Assembly: GCF_000150275.1 (NCBI RefSeq)
Contig: NW_002060943.1
Span: forward strand, 3,222,444 to 3,286,443
DNA from: Trichoplax adhaerens
Lineage: Eukaryota; Animalia; Placozoa
Direction of reading: 5' to 3'
DNA length: 64,000 nucleotides
Shown one piece after another: positions 26,781 through 49,932 of this stretch. The position numbers were made by a program, and so were the translations under genes. Numbering within the stretch: the stretch's first letter is position 1; every line of letters begins with the position of its first letter. The notes below the pieces were generated by a model. The model saw nothing but the letters and a program-made list of their open reading frames with translations, had not been told where the DNA came from and did no database searches.

Positions 26781-28659
26781 TTAATTTCTTCCTAAAATTA
26801 TCATCAGCCATCGAATGAGCTCAGCTGTACGGGTTCTCGAATTCATTCCATCAGATTTAGCCTCAAGATAATAGACAATTCCCGAAACGTCTTCCGTACC
26901 ATACCGACAGCCTGGCAAAAGACATCACATTAACAGATCAGTATATCTAATTAACAGACTAACGACGGTACGAACCCAGTATCTAAGAATGCATACTACA
27001 ATTTACCAACTAGGCCACTCGATATTTCGTCTATGATTGCACTAGGTATAGCTTTGCTAATGTCCAATTTAATCTCCGATATAATTCCTTTTCTTATCAC
27101 AACTGAAATTGTCTTAATCACAACAGTTGTTTATCGCAGTCAGTAATATTAATCTGATATGGGTTTAGCTAATTTAGTAAACAATCACGCAAACTAGTAT
27201 TTATTTTGCCTACAAAGACTTAGAAATCATACAAACCACTTTTCCCATTGATAAATTAGAACTTTGATGTATTTCGAAATCAGGAGTCTTACCGTAGATC
27301 CAATCCCAACTCTAAGCCACAAATAATAACAGTTACTTGACACCTTACAATTGATTTTAAAGTTGCTATCTATTTCAATTCCACAAGGGGAATACTCATC
27401 TGCATAAGCTAGCGAATTTTACCTTCAATTCATTTCTTAATGATGCGATACCAGGATAATTAGACTCAGTGTTAGGATTGATATCGAGAAGTTCCTAAGA
27501 ATACAAAGATGGAAGGATGTATGTGCAAGTGAGGTAAAATTTCTACATTAGATAAAGGCAATGAGTTGTCTCGAAGGTAAAGTTCTGTAACAAATCCTAC
27601 GTAAGTATTACCTCATTATTTATTTTAGGGTGAAAAGTCTTCGTAAAGGTTGATGCTATTTTGGAACATAAATTATCATAGGTAATAGCATTATTGATCT
27701 GAGATAAGTTTATTACGGACGATCTTACGCTAGCAGTAGCATTTGACCTAAGTCCATTCTAATAAAGGATTTGAAAATGGTCAATCAGTTATTTCGCTCC
27801 CTGAATAAAGGAGCGATAGGCTCTCAATAAAATCAGATGCAACTCCTAGTTGTTATTTTCCTACCGTATGAGGCGTCAGCATCTGTGCTAGCTGCTGTAA
27901 TTTTGAATGAAATAATAAGGTAAAATGATGATAAGCTACTAGTCTTCCTAGACGTGAAGCTGAACCAGATATTTCCGGCTGGTTAAAGAAATTCACATGG
28001 AGCGAATACACGTAAGTTGTATCAAAGAAATGAAAAGTCTCGTTCATTAAAAGTATCAGATTATATAAAAAGATATTTTAGATGTCCCATTAATGACGAG
28101 GTCGCTTCTGTCATTTACGCTGATATCAAGATTCCAAGTCTCTTTTAAGGCGTTTGCGATCATTTCTAAATTTCTTTTTCTATCATATTGGCTGCGATGC
28201 GATACAATAGTTACGTTCAAATTACCCAAATCCTGTGAAATGTACACATATACAGCTTATCATGGTAAAGCCATTGAGTAGATCAATTAAGTTAGTATGG
28301 TTTATAAACCAAGACTTGATTGAAAATGTAAAAGTTCCGTATCCTAGCAGATAGTTTGAGAAGGTTGTACTACACATTACAAAGTTACTTACATGATAAA
28401 CTGCCCCTCCACCACTTCTCCTGCGCACCAACGGAACCTGATCTGGGTAAATTCCAACCAATTTTGAGTTGCATTCAGTCCATGGATTCTGATGTCGTCC
28501 AATGACTATACATGGATGATTTCGATAAAGATACAAGAGTGGATAGTGTTGCGATCGTAGTGGATAATTTTGGTAGAACCAGTCATCTAGAGATATATTG
28601 ACGTATGGATTGTGCGAAACCGAACGGAAAGCTACGGCCTGAGAAGATGATACAAGCAT
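26781..28659 (-). CDS. LIPT1: Lipoyltransferase 1 / lipoate-protein ligase A family; N-terminal exon not resolved
   Basis: NPYVNISLDDW, YRNHPCIVIGRHQNPWTEC, LVRRRSGGGAVYH|DLGNLN, K|ISGSA, AYHHFTLL, SNATASVRSSV, SWDWIYGKTPDF; stop TAA at 26783-26781. Confidence 0.9.
27973..28076 (-). other. Putative U12-type (minor spliceosome) intron with AT-AA ends
   Basis: 5' end ATATCTTT at 28076, branch-site-like TTCTTTAAC at 27990-27982, 3' end ...CCGGAA at 27973. Removing it restores GTSK-ISGSA; no GT-AG pair does. Confidence 0.75.
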
Positions 28660-31600
28660 TATTGTCCATACAGTAATAAGAAAGAAGAATTTCTAACAAT
28701 TACACCAATACAAGGTACACCATGGAAACAAATTGTCTTACTTTACAATATGTTTACGAATGCATTCAAATCCGCTGGACTATCCAGCAACAGTATTGGC
28801 AATCATTACCTGAGCTAATGGCAGATGCAAGTTTCGACTGATGATCTTATTGTAAGACGTGGCCATTAATATACTTGAGTAATCATTTCGATATGATTGA
28901 ATAATTCATGATACTCTCTTTTTTATTCTAGTTCATATAATTAATCAACCAGTTCAGCGATTGGATTTGCAAAACTAGGTAAGCAATAAGCATGCAAGCG
29001 AGCTCCACTAAGCAGTCGCAAGTCTCTGCAGTAGCAAGCTGACCAGGATTCTCCAGTACTGTCATAACGAGGAAATTACTATAAAGGATTAATATGCAAT
29101 ATACGGTACTGACAGTATACTACTGTATGCATACTGTCATATTGACTATACACTATACTGTACACTAGAGTATTGGAGGACACTGCTCTACATACAGCTT
29201 TGTACCCAATGAATGACGGGATTCAATCTGATTTGCAATGATTTATAACCTTAATAATTAATTTTTGGACTAGGGGAGCCGGTAACCACTACTGCACTGC
29301 AAATGAATTCTAGTTAAGATATCAATCTTGTTAGGCTTGTGCATAGTAAAACTAGAGATCACTGAACAAGATGGTTAAAATTAAATTTTTCGATATCTTC
29401 GCTTATGGTTACAAGTTAATAATTATTCTAGCACACCAATCTTGAACGTTAGTTGATTCATCGACGGTAAACCTTGTGGGGAAATAAATAATTCCCAAGA
29501 GATAGACATAGACTCGTTTACATACAGTACACATCAGTCAAAAGCATATCGTCAACAAAATAACGTTTAAACTAATCTTTTCCCGGCTGTCTTTAACTTA
29601 CGATGCAGCAGAGACCCTAAAAGGATATATCTATATATATGGACGGCTAAAGTAGATGGACATTGGACAGTACATAATTCGATAATTAATTAATAGGATG
29701 TATTTGCAGATTCGAGTCGGGAGCGCAACATCCGTGCTGGCTTGCAATGATTTAAGTGAACTTAATTTCATATTATTGTCAATAGAGCATGTAGGCAGTG
29801 TTGCACATTTAGTGAAACACACGGGAAAAATTGCACTAAATCTCATTTGTAAACGCTTTCCACGACTTGGAGTTCTCCATAAATTGATCCTTTACTGTAC
29901 TATGGAACATTCACTTAATCATCAAAGTGGCGGATTGTTATTCGATAATTCATCACGTTGTTAAGCGATTTATGTAAATGTTATATACTACATGTAAGCA
30001 ATAATATTGGATATCGTAACAGTCTATTGCATAGCCTGTATATACAACACTAAAGGAAAATGATTTTATGCCCTTAATAGATACATACAATCTATCACCA
30101 CTGGCTCCAAAATAATTTCTCCAGTATTCTCAAATTAAAAGATGTCCTTAAATGGAAAGAAATTTCACTTTTTTTTCATCCTAATTAGTAACTGGTCAAA
30201 ACTGTAATTAACATTTCATTATGGCTACCATGAAAAGTATCTGTCTTGTGTATAAATATAGTACTTGGTGGGCGATTAAGTTTAAAATAACAGAAGCAGT
30301 GATATCTATTTTTTAATAAATGCGCAAATTTACAGCTATCGAGAATTGATTAGCCATCAATAGCTATTTAATGCAATTCTTGAGATGTGGAAATCGCACA
30401 ATAACGAGTCGTTAGAGCCCACATCAGTCTCACTATGCGTTTGATAGTACTAGCAACATTTGGACTCATTTCATCAATCTCTTCAGTTTTTTCTATGGTA
30501 CATCTAGGACAATTTTTAGCTTCACTACGAAGAACAGGTGAGCCCTGTTATTGCAATTGATCTCCTACCCTAGTATATGTTATAACAATATAAAATTTAT
30601 GTTAAACGGCATTAATACGCTATTTTTATATAACACTCGTATATAAATTTGTTACACTCTATATACGTTAGAGCTTAGACACTTTTTCGAAAATTATGTT
30701 CAAATTTTTAATAACGACGCTGACAGCAAGATCTATCCCCTTTCAGTTGTGCCTCAAATGGCAAATAAGGCCTACTACTTGCTTTAAATTTTTAGGTAAT
30801 GCCATCAATTGCATTGATATCACGAATTTATATCGCATTGGATATGATATGATATTATTAAGCCAATTTATACTGTTACATTCAACAATGGCCACCCATT
30901 TGTTTAAAAGCATTTTTGCACACTGTAACATATCGTTTGTCGAGAGATCTATGTATTCATTTATAACTTCATTATCTTTAGAGGTAAGATTTTGTACTTG
31001 TAGGTTTATAAATCTGTTGAAAGTACAACTCTCGCAGATTGAATGCTTGTATGCTCATAATTATAATCGTAGCTCATTATCCACAACTGGTTAACCGTTA
31101 ATTATACCGTATGGATGTTCAATTGTCCTTCCTTGTCGATACTGTATTGGCTTGGATGCATTTTAAGCGTAGTATCAATTTTCCAGCTGGATATTTTGGA
31201 ATTACTCGGCATTAAACAGGTATTACTAATGCAGTTAATGGAATGTGATAAAATTCTAAAATATCTTAAGAAATGACTGATGTTTGTGCGATACATGAAT
31301 AGTAAATATTTGCATCAAGTAGCAGTAAAGTATTACATCATAAATTACTGTAATGAAATGCTAATTTTTTAATACTCTTTCCAATCGAATGGTGTAATAC
31401 TCGTACATTTGATATACAGTATTTATTTTTTCCATTTTAACAACGTAGATCCATCACTACATATGCAAATTCAAAAAACCGATACAGTACAAATCGCAAC
31501 CTTTGCAGCGGCTACTGATTGGCACAAGGCATCCATTCCTAACTGGTCCCCTTTTGATATTATGGAGTACGCGATACATGTATTTGGATCGACTGCTCTT

Positions 31601-31934
31601 TTCAACTGCCATGACTTTGTACCTATTTCACGGCTACATGATCGATTTGAACGATGTACACTATATCAAACTCCAATTACTAAAGATGCTGAATAATTTC
31701 ATAAATGGGGGCTAACAAGCGTAATGAACTTTTGGATATACGCATAAGTAATAATATTACCGCTGGTGGAAGACATACGTAGTATTTTAACAGATACTTT
31801 ATTTCACATTGAAGTAACTTTTAGTCAATAGTAAGATAACTAATTTACTCGTAAATGCAAAGAATTTAATCAACCATTTTCCATCTTTGAATTTAAAAAT
31901 TAGGTGATGGCACCCAATGGTCAATACGAATATT

Positions 31935-34743
31935 TTACACTGTTTGCGAAATAGTCGATAGATTCTTGCGAATTAAATGCAAGTTATTTTTCCATTTAAG
32001 CAAACGCTCGCCTATTTGCTTCAACTCAGCTTTACCAAATGTTCGACTTTTGACCCACCTGTTAATCAACAGAGTATGAAATTTTAATTCATCAAACGCA
32101 ACGGCAATTACTGTTATCGAAACTTAAAAATATCTAATAAAGACATACTTTACGATGACCTTCTTTTCTTTCTCATCAATTTTTGCACTGATCAGTTTAC
32201 AACTTATAGCTATATGATTGCATAAAAGTTGTCATTGTTAGTATACAGAACGCATTTCTACATATGCACTCGTATAGATATGGCTTACCGTCAATAATAT
32301 ACTGTTCTAAGCTATCCTCTTCCAATGCCAAAGCTGCAGCTAAGTCATCAAAAGTAGCAGCATCACCAGCTTTAGCAATATGCGAGGTAAGTGTTAACAG
32401 CCTCATCTTTCGTAAATTTTCTTCATGAGATAAACCTTCAGTAAAAATAGTAGAATAGCTTAGTAAATGACAAAGGTTTACATCATCACCATCTTATTGT
32501 TGTACCTATGGATTGCATAAATTCTTTACTCTTTTCGTAAAATGCTACATAAGATTTCAAGTCTTCGTGTATGAAAATGTTCAAAAGCTACGGAAAAAGC
32601 AATAATATTGTAGTGCTATTGTTAGACAAATCATTGCACAAGCATCAGCTATAGCGAGTAGTAACTTTACTGACATCATAGAGCAATTCGCCACGCAAAT
32701 TACTGATAGGCTTCAATGCTAGCAGGTAATCAAATAGGTAAATTTCCGGATTCTTTAGTGCATCGATGACACATATTTTAGCATCTTCAACCGATGAAGC
32801 TATATTATGATCATCGTAGGAGCGTAATAGTTCAAGCATAACAACAGCAGCTTCATCGCTGTAGTCGTTGAGAATAAAATGATATAATTATTCATATGAG
32901 AACTGAAACTAACTCAATGATAGGAAAACGGATTCCATTGCAAGCATAATGCAAAAAATAAAAGCTTTTATATTAGGAGTCTTACTTGCGTTGGCTGTCG
33001 ATAAAAATATCTCTTATCAGTCTGTAAATGATGATGCGTCCATCACGTTCAACTTTCCAAGTATCAAGCAGCTTCGAGACCTAATATACATTGTAAATAA
33101 ATAGGGTAAATGATATCGTTAGCAGAGGTATAATTATGCCACAAAAGCTGACATTACAGACTACAACTGTTGCAGCGCTATTTGCATGAGAAGTAATGGA
33201 CACATAAGCGAGTTTGCTTCAAACAACTCTCCAGTTGACACAAAATACAGTACTAAGCTATAACAACACACTACTACAATTGGAGAATATATTGATACGC
33301 TCTATGATAAATTATATAATCAGCGAATAAAATGATGTTATTCGTGGCTATGACTCCGTACTACATACAGCAGCCCTCTAGGCACTACATCATTTTTAAT
33401 TGTAAACTTACTTCTTGAATATCAGTCATTACTCGGTCGTGTAATTTATATTGTTTGGCTAGCTTTAAAGATGTTACGAATATCTCGGTCTTTTCAAGAT
33501 CGCTGGTTAACTCGTAGAAGCTTAACGTTTGTAAACTAAATAGACGAAATAAGTAATAAGACGTAAGGGTAAGATTAACGTCAATTAGAGAATGTTGCAT
33601 GCCATATATTTTGACAGTTTGATGGAATAATACTGTTACTATAATACACTTACATTTCAAGGCGGATGCCAGCGTTGTCTTGTTTTCCATTCTGTTCAAA
33701 CATCGAGCATAGTTTGGAAATGTAACCGGTTAAACCGCTTTTCATGCATTTCATCAGCAAGGTGCATAAGCTGTATAATGCACTTCTCATTTCATCTGTT
33801 ATTGAATGAAAAGAAGTGAATACTTTGTAATAATCATGGCTAGAATAATCATACAGTCGGCGTGTAGAGTACAACTCCAATAGTAATTGATCGATTTAAT
33901 TGTTTGCGTAGGCAGTCGGTTGTACGAGTTGGTAAAATTAAAATATTCTGCAATGACCCTAGCAATACTAGATCTTGATCTTTTTTATAATAGCATATTC
34001 TAAGAAAACATCTAATTCACCCATAAAAAAATTCATTCATTTTAATGTTTGTAATGATAACTTGAATCTAAAATTAACCTGTATCTACTTGACTATCCAG
34101 TAAGGTGGTGATCCCCTCCATGATATCATTAAAGTCAGTTGGCAAATCATCCGAGACTTCCTCTTTCACATTCGCTCCTAATGAGAGCAAGTATATCTTC
34201 AAGTGCAAGCACTATCAAGAAAGAAATTTCATGTTAATCAATTCATCATCGATCGTGGTTGTGTTCTCTACACTCTTTTGGCGAATAGTTATCCTTGCTA
34301 AAGCCTGGAATCCTCATTACAGTTTTATCCATCCTACGTCGAGTTCATTTTGCTCAATACTTTTGTTCCACTGCGGGCGAACTCCTGTACTGTACTACTC
34401 AAACATCTGTACCAGAAGCATTTTAATCAAGGCAGGCTGTAACACTGATCGCATGTCTTCTTATAGTATGAACTGTTAATTCATTCAGTTGTATCATTAC
34501 TTGGATTTAGTATCGCACTTGGAAGATATTTATTAATCCATTGACTATGATAACAGAAAGGAGAGCTATCTCCCTTCCCATTCTGGACTACCACTGCAGC
34601 GTCCGAAGATGATCACCTACGACGCTATCCTCATGCTGTTAGCCTACCTGATCCGAATCGGAAACAGAACCAATGTAAGTTACAGATGCATTTGCAACAT
34701 CGCGGGTGCTCAGTGAAGCCGTTTCACCGTCTACTGTTGGCAT
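31935..34743 (-). CDS. EIF3M: Eukaryotic translation initiation factor 3 subunit M (PCI domain)
   Basis: Exon 1 MPTVDG...SDSDQ (34743-34648), then LKIYLLSLGANV, MLELLRSY...AKICVIDALKNPEIYLFDYLLALKPI, LLNIF, GLSHEENLRKMRLLTL, AKIDE, RTFGK...W; TAA at 31937-31935. Splice phases are consistent. Confidence 0.9.
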
Positions 34744-34899
34744 TTTTCTATCTTGAATTGATGGTTGAAAAGTCTTTTGAAAGCTTCGATGATAAGTAAA
34801 GCAGTGGAAAATGGCAGCTACCTTCTCGATTGCCAACGTTTGTTCGTCAACACGCTGGCCAAATCAGACGGTGGCGATTGCGGATGCATCGGTACTGTA

Positions 34900-35585
34900 T
34901 CGTTACGGTAACGTACCAGTACCAGAAAGAAGAGAGCGCATCCATACGGTACGATTACCGTGCCGAACCGTACCCAATCCGTAACGGTACGGTAGAGTAC
35001 CCATACAGTACTGTCCTGTACACTGAGTGTACAGTACAGTACAGTACTGTACAGTATGTAGGCGAACGACATCGTCTCCATCTACAGTACTATACAGTAG
35101 TGCAGTGTACTGTACAGTACTGTACTGGACTGGGGGCGAGCGACATCGTCTCCATCTACAGTACAGTACTGTACTGTACAGTACATGTTGAGAACTGTGC
35201 ATTTACAGTACTGTACTGTACTGTACAATGTACTGTACTGTACAGTACTGTACATACTGGACTGGAGACGAGCGACATCGTCTGCATCTACAGTACTACG
35301 GTACAGTACATGTACTGTGCACTTACAGTACATACTGTACTGGACTGGAGGCGAGCGACATCGTCTCCATCTACTGTACTGTACTGTACTGTACTGTACA
35401 GTGCTACAGTACAGTACTGTACATGTACAGTACTATGCACTTACTGTACATACTGTACAGTACAGTACTGGACTGGAGATGACAGTCACACGTGGGCTCG
35501 ACATTACGGTACTGTACACTGTATTGTACTGTACTGTACTGTACTGTACACTGTATAGTGCTGTACTACAGTACTGCACTGTAGC
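34900..35585. repeat. TACTG/CAGTA (and TACGG/CCGTA) pentamer mosaic with an embedded 35-bp repeat, in the divergent EIF3M/ARL1 promoter region
   Basis: Continuous pentamer mosaic. CTGGACTGGRGRCGAGCGACATCGTCTSCATCTAC occurs at 35125, 35257 and 35340, with partial copies at 35061 and 35468. Confidence 0.9.
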
Positions 35586-35744
35586 CAAAAAGTCAAGAGC
35601 CAACGCGTCTGTCCGGTGGACGTCTGTGCGGCACGCTTCTTCAAGATCGCTACGTCACCTGTGGGACCCTGGTCTGATCACTTTCCGCTTGATCACATAT
35701 TCACACATTATTGTACAATACGACGCTAATGCGTTGTCGCCATT

Positions 35745-39429
<3,685 letters not shown>

Positions 39430-40319
39430 TTATGTATATCTCTTCTAGCCATAATAAATGTTTTGATACAGAATGTCATTGTCACCAACCCTCTCGCAAG
39501 CTAAATGTTATTTAATGAATACATATTTGACCATAGTGCAGTCTGCTGCATCCATTAGCGAATACGTTCGGGTAATGCCGGCAGATTACTGTTCGCTAAA
39601 TTTTTATTTTTAACAATTATTAGCGATGCCATTATACAGCAGTGTATTACATCTTTTTATTAAAATCCCTTTAGTACAGCGTTGTTAAAATTTTTTTGTT
39701 ATAGCAATATTTAATATAAAGCTCTCTTCAAACTATAACACTAGATAGTTATCGCTGTTTGTCCTATAAACTTACAGATGGATTTGTTCCTTCCTACTGT
39801 ACTGTTGTGCTACGTTATTACTAAGATGTCTCCTCCTATTACTATCGTCGTATGCACATGTAGTCACATTAATTAACTAATTATGCTCATTCAGCTAACG
39901 CTTTCTGGCTATCGAGACAAAAGCAACGTCGTACGTTTATTAATTTGATTAATTAAGTCATCTTTATTTTAATCCACTTTTCGCAATTATCTTTTATTTA
40001 CTGTAATGAACTTGAAAAATCTGATAATACTTGGTAGACTATATATAACTGACACTTGGATAGGATATACAATGTAACGGCAAAATATAATGTAATCACT
40101 ATATAAAGCAGTCATGTGTAGCTAAGACTGTCGACAAGGAAAAAAGCAAAACTGTCACCTCGTTAAAGGTTAGGAGTATGTATCTTCATGGATACGTATG
40201 ATTCAAGTAATTGTCTCATCTCCAACATTTAACAAAGAATAAGTATATCTTCGAATGCATAATTAACATGCATCCAAATAAAGAAAATTATTCATCTACT
40301 AATTCAAATCGATCACTTT

Positions 40320-46772
<6,453 letters not shown>

Positions 46773-47297
46773 TTTCTTCTCTTACTTTGCGACTACCAAC
46801 GTGTTGTAGCCAATGCTTAAGGAAGGAGATCACAATAACAGATCCAATCCCACAATAATTATACAACAGGTATCTCAGAATAGCGGATTTCAATTCAATA
46901 TTTGAGCCAAGAATTGAAGTTGTGTGTGCAAGATGATCAACCCACTCTGCGTAGACAGCTCGTATGATCTGATTGTAAATTTCTCCTAATGAAACTCAAA
47001 TTAATCAATATCCACAGATTAAATCGATAAAGGTACTCGACCGTTCTCCATCACATGCATAGACATAGTACAGAATAGATTAACTTAGGCTTGATTGGCC
47101 TGATTGATGCTTGATTTCATGTTTTGAAATCTGGCTCCACCATTGAAAATGCTGCAAGGATTTGTCAATATTTCGTTTACAGACTTGCACGTTGTTGACT
47201 GTGAAGATGTTGCTCGACGCTATAGGATATCATACTGACACGCAGCACTAAACGATACAGTATACTCGCCTTAGCTGGTCCATTTGGTCCGTTACGA

Positions 47298-47346
47298 TCC
47301 GTACCGTATCGGTACGGACCGGCCAGGAATTGAAGTTGGCGGGAAA
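47298..47346. promoter_or_regulatory. Candidate bidirectional promoter elements: perfect 9-bp inverted repeat plus canonical E2F site
   Basis: TCCGTACCG-TAT-CGGTACGGA at 47298-47318; GCGGGAAA at 47339-47346 (TTTCCCGC on the minus strand). They sit in a GC-richer patch between POLD1 (-) and IFTAP (+). Confidence 0.5.
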
Positions 47347-49019
47347 TAAGGGGAGCAAGTTGGCTTTCGGATACATCATTACGAAATTCATCTTAAGCAT
47401 TACACCACATTCAGTAGTCCTGTATGAAGCAGTTGGTTTGCAAGATGGCGAAGGAGCACCGCTCTAGTTCGATTCCTCAAGTTGGTTAATGGCCAAATCA
47501 ATGTCGATATGTTGCCAATGGATTGTGCCTTTATAGAGATTATCATGTGCAGTAGAAGGAAACGAATGGAATGATATAAGTTTAAATTTGTAAAAGTAGC
47601 TAGCCCGAAATAAATCAAGCCATATCGATTCGTTGATGTCTGAAGGTAATTTGACTGGCGAGAAGGATTGTTTGAGCTACAAATAAATTGCAGTATGAGA
47701 AGGACAATTGGACCAACTTCATTCATTTCACTCCCATGAAAAATATTCATTTAATAATAATCGTCGACATTTTAAACCATAAAAATTATAGCATCAGAAG
47801 CGCCATTTCTGACTGCATCTAACGAACTAGATAATCAATTCATTGGTAAAAGGATTTTAAATAATTCCTCGGCCATTGGCCGATTGGTAGGTTTGTCATC
47901 ATTGCCTTGCTGATGTCCAGTATGCTTACGAAAAGGAAAAGCTTTATAAAGGAAAGATCGAAGCTATTGATATTTTTCTTTTACCTCTATTGTAGGAACT
48001 GTACAGTATCATTTTAGTGTATAATTGACAATGTACATGAACTGGTAGAAGGAACTACGGACTAAAATGAAAAGGGAAAACGGTGCATTCGGAACTTCTA
48101 TATCAGAACAATCTATGTCGTGGTGACATCATTTTTGCTAGCCCTTTATCCAGTATATTCATTCATCATTTACGAACAGTTCCTATGTGGATGATGACAT
48201 AAGTTTTGCCAGGTTCGATTCAATCACCCGACAATCGGTAAAGGATATGCCGACAACTCATACTGTATACTGTACTAGATTGCCTATAGTAAGGAAAGGC
48301 AATCGTTACCGGGTGACATCATTAGGCGCAGGGACTCCTGTCCATCAGTATCCAGGGAATGCCGGAATAATAAAGTGCAATTTGGTAGCTTAGGAAAAAA
48401 AGATCAAGGTACGCCAGACGCCATTTTAACTAAGATCTAATGGCTCTATTTGCAATCTAATCCTACAATTGATAATGTTTCTGTTGTAATTTTATTCATT
48501 TTAAAGCGTGAGTGATACTGGACTAGTCGACATCATTGTATATATGTTGTAATAACAGTTATATACAGTTTGATATAGAATAAATCGAAAGCAGCATGAT
48601 GTTTTGATGATTGATGATCGTAAATTATCCTACAATACTCAGATCTTTCTTGCCTTAGTAAGGCTGGATTGTAGCTGATTCTTTCTAGATCAGTTCGTTG
48701 CCATGAATTGATTAATGGACTAAATAGAGATACAAATTGATAGAAGATGGTTTGATTTGGAAATAGAATGGAGTGATTAATGTCGTTGCAGTAAGAGGCA
48801 GTTTGTTTACGTTTTGCCAGGATAATGGACTAATCTAATTTCATATTACAGCACAGTTGAATAGATTAAATCGATTAGAAACACTTTCACGCATAAAAGA
48901 TGTTGGGAAATCGATCTATACTACATCATTTGCTAATAGCAAGTCATTGTATTATTTTTTTAATGATATTATGTCATTGTCGATGTTATAGTAGATGAAA
49001 TTTCAAATTTGAAAATTAG

Positions 49020-49565
49020 CTACTAATCAACTGCTCGTAAGACATCATTTCCAACGTCATAATCAAACCAATTAGTTCAACGGTTTATAGTTCAATATTC
49101 ACCTTGGTTTACTAAAGATCGTATATACCGCTAGTATGGAGTAAACTACTTGGGGAAAAAACGGGAAAACTACTCCTAAAGAGTTTTCAATACTGTCGTC
49201 CTGGAACTGCAACTTTATAATGCAATGTCAAAATCAAACTGCTTACTATATGAATACATTAGTTTAACAGCTTACGGATCAATTCAACGTTATTTATTTG
49301 ACTAGATTGCTCAAGCCGCTAAAATAGAACAAACTACTTGGAAAAAAGACGGAAAAACTACTCCTAAAGAGCTTTCAATAATCCTAAATACTGAACTAAG
49401 TAAGTTTCCAATATAATGTCAAAATCGAATCGATTACGGTACCTCAACAGCTTACAGATCAATTCATACTCTCTTATTTAGCTAAATCACACAAGCCAGC
49501 AAAACAGAATAAGCTACTCAAGAAAAGAGACGATACGACTTTCCAGATAGGCTTTCAATAGCCCT
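49020..49565. repeat. Degenerate tandem repeat, about 3 copies of ~185 bp
   Basis: aaactacttgg..aaaa..gg.aaaactactcctaaagag.tttcaata at ~49143 and ~49331, with a diverged copy at ~49511; aacagcttac.gatcaattca is also repeated. Confidence 0.75.
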
Positions 49566-49932
49566 GTAAGTCTTTCATTGGAAGATGCTATACCTACCTT
49601 TTTGAATTTATTATAAATAAATTCGTATAAGCCTATAACAAGGTTCTATGTAATCATTGCATCTACAATTATCATCATTCGACAGATTGGACCTTTCTGG
49701 TATTATACCTAATAAAGAATTTCAGTTATCGTATTCAAGGCAAGTATTCTAACCGCCTGACGGATTACATGCTTGACTAATTCATCATTCTGGCTTACCG
49801 TAGAACGAAGGGACAGTACAGTTATGAATTAGCGTACTATATGCTTATATTATTGCCAATACAACTGATTAATATCATTTTACCCTCTATAGCATCACAC
49901 ATCTACTTTAAGCTAATCATTTTCTATCAGCT

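Noticed and set aside
35061-35480. CRISPR-like repeat-spacer appearance
   Set aside because: Eukaryotic context, no cas genes, and the spacers are low-complexity pentamers of very uneven length.
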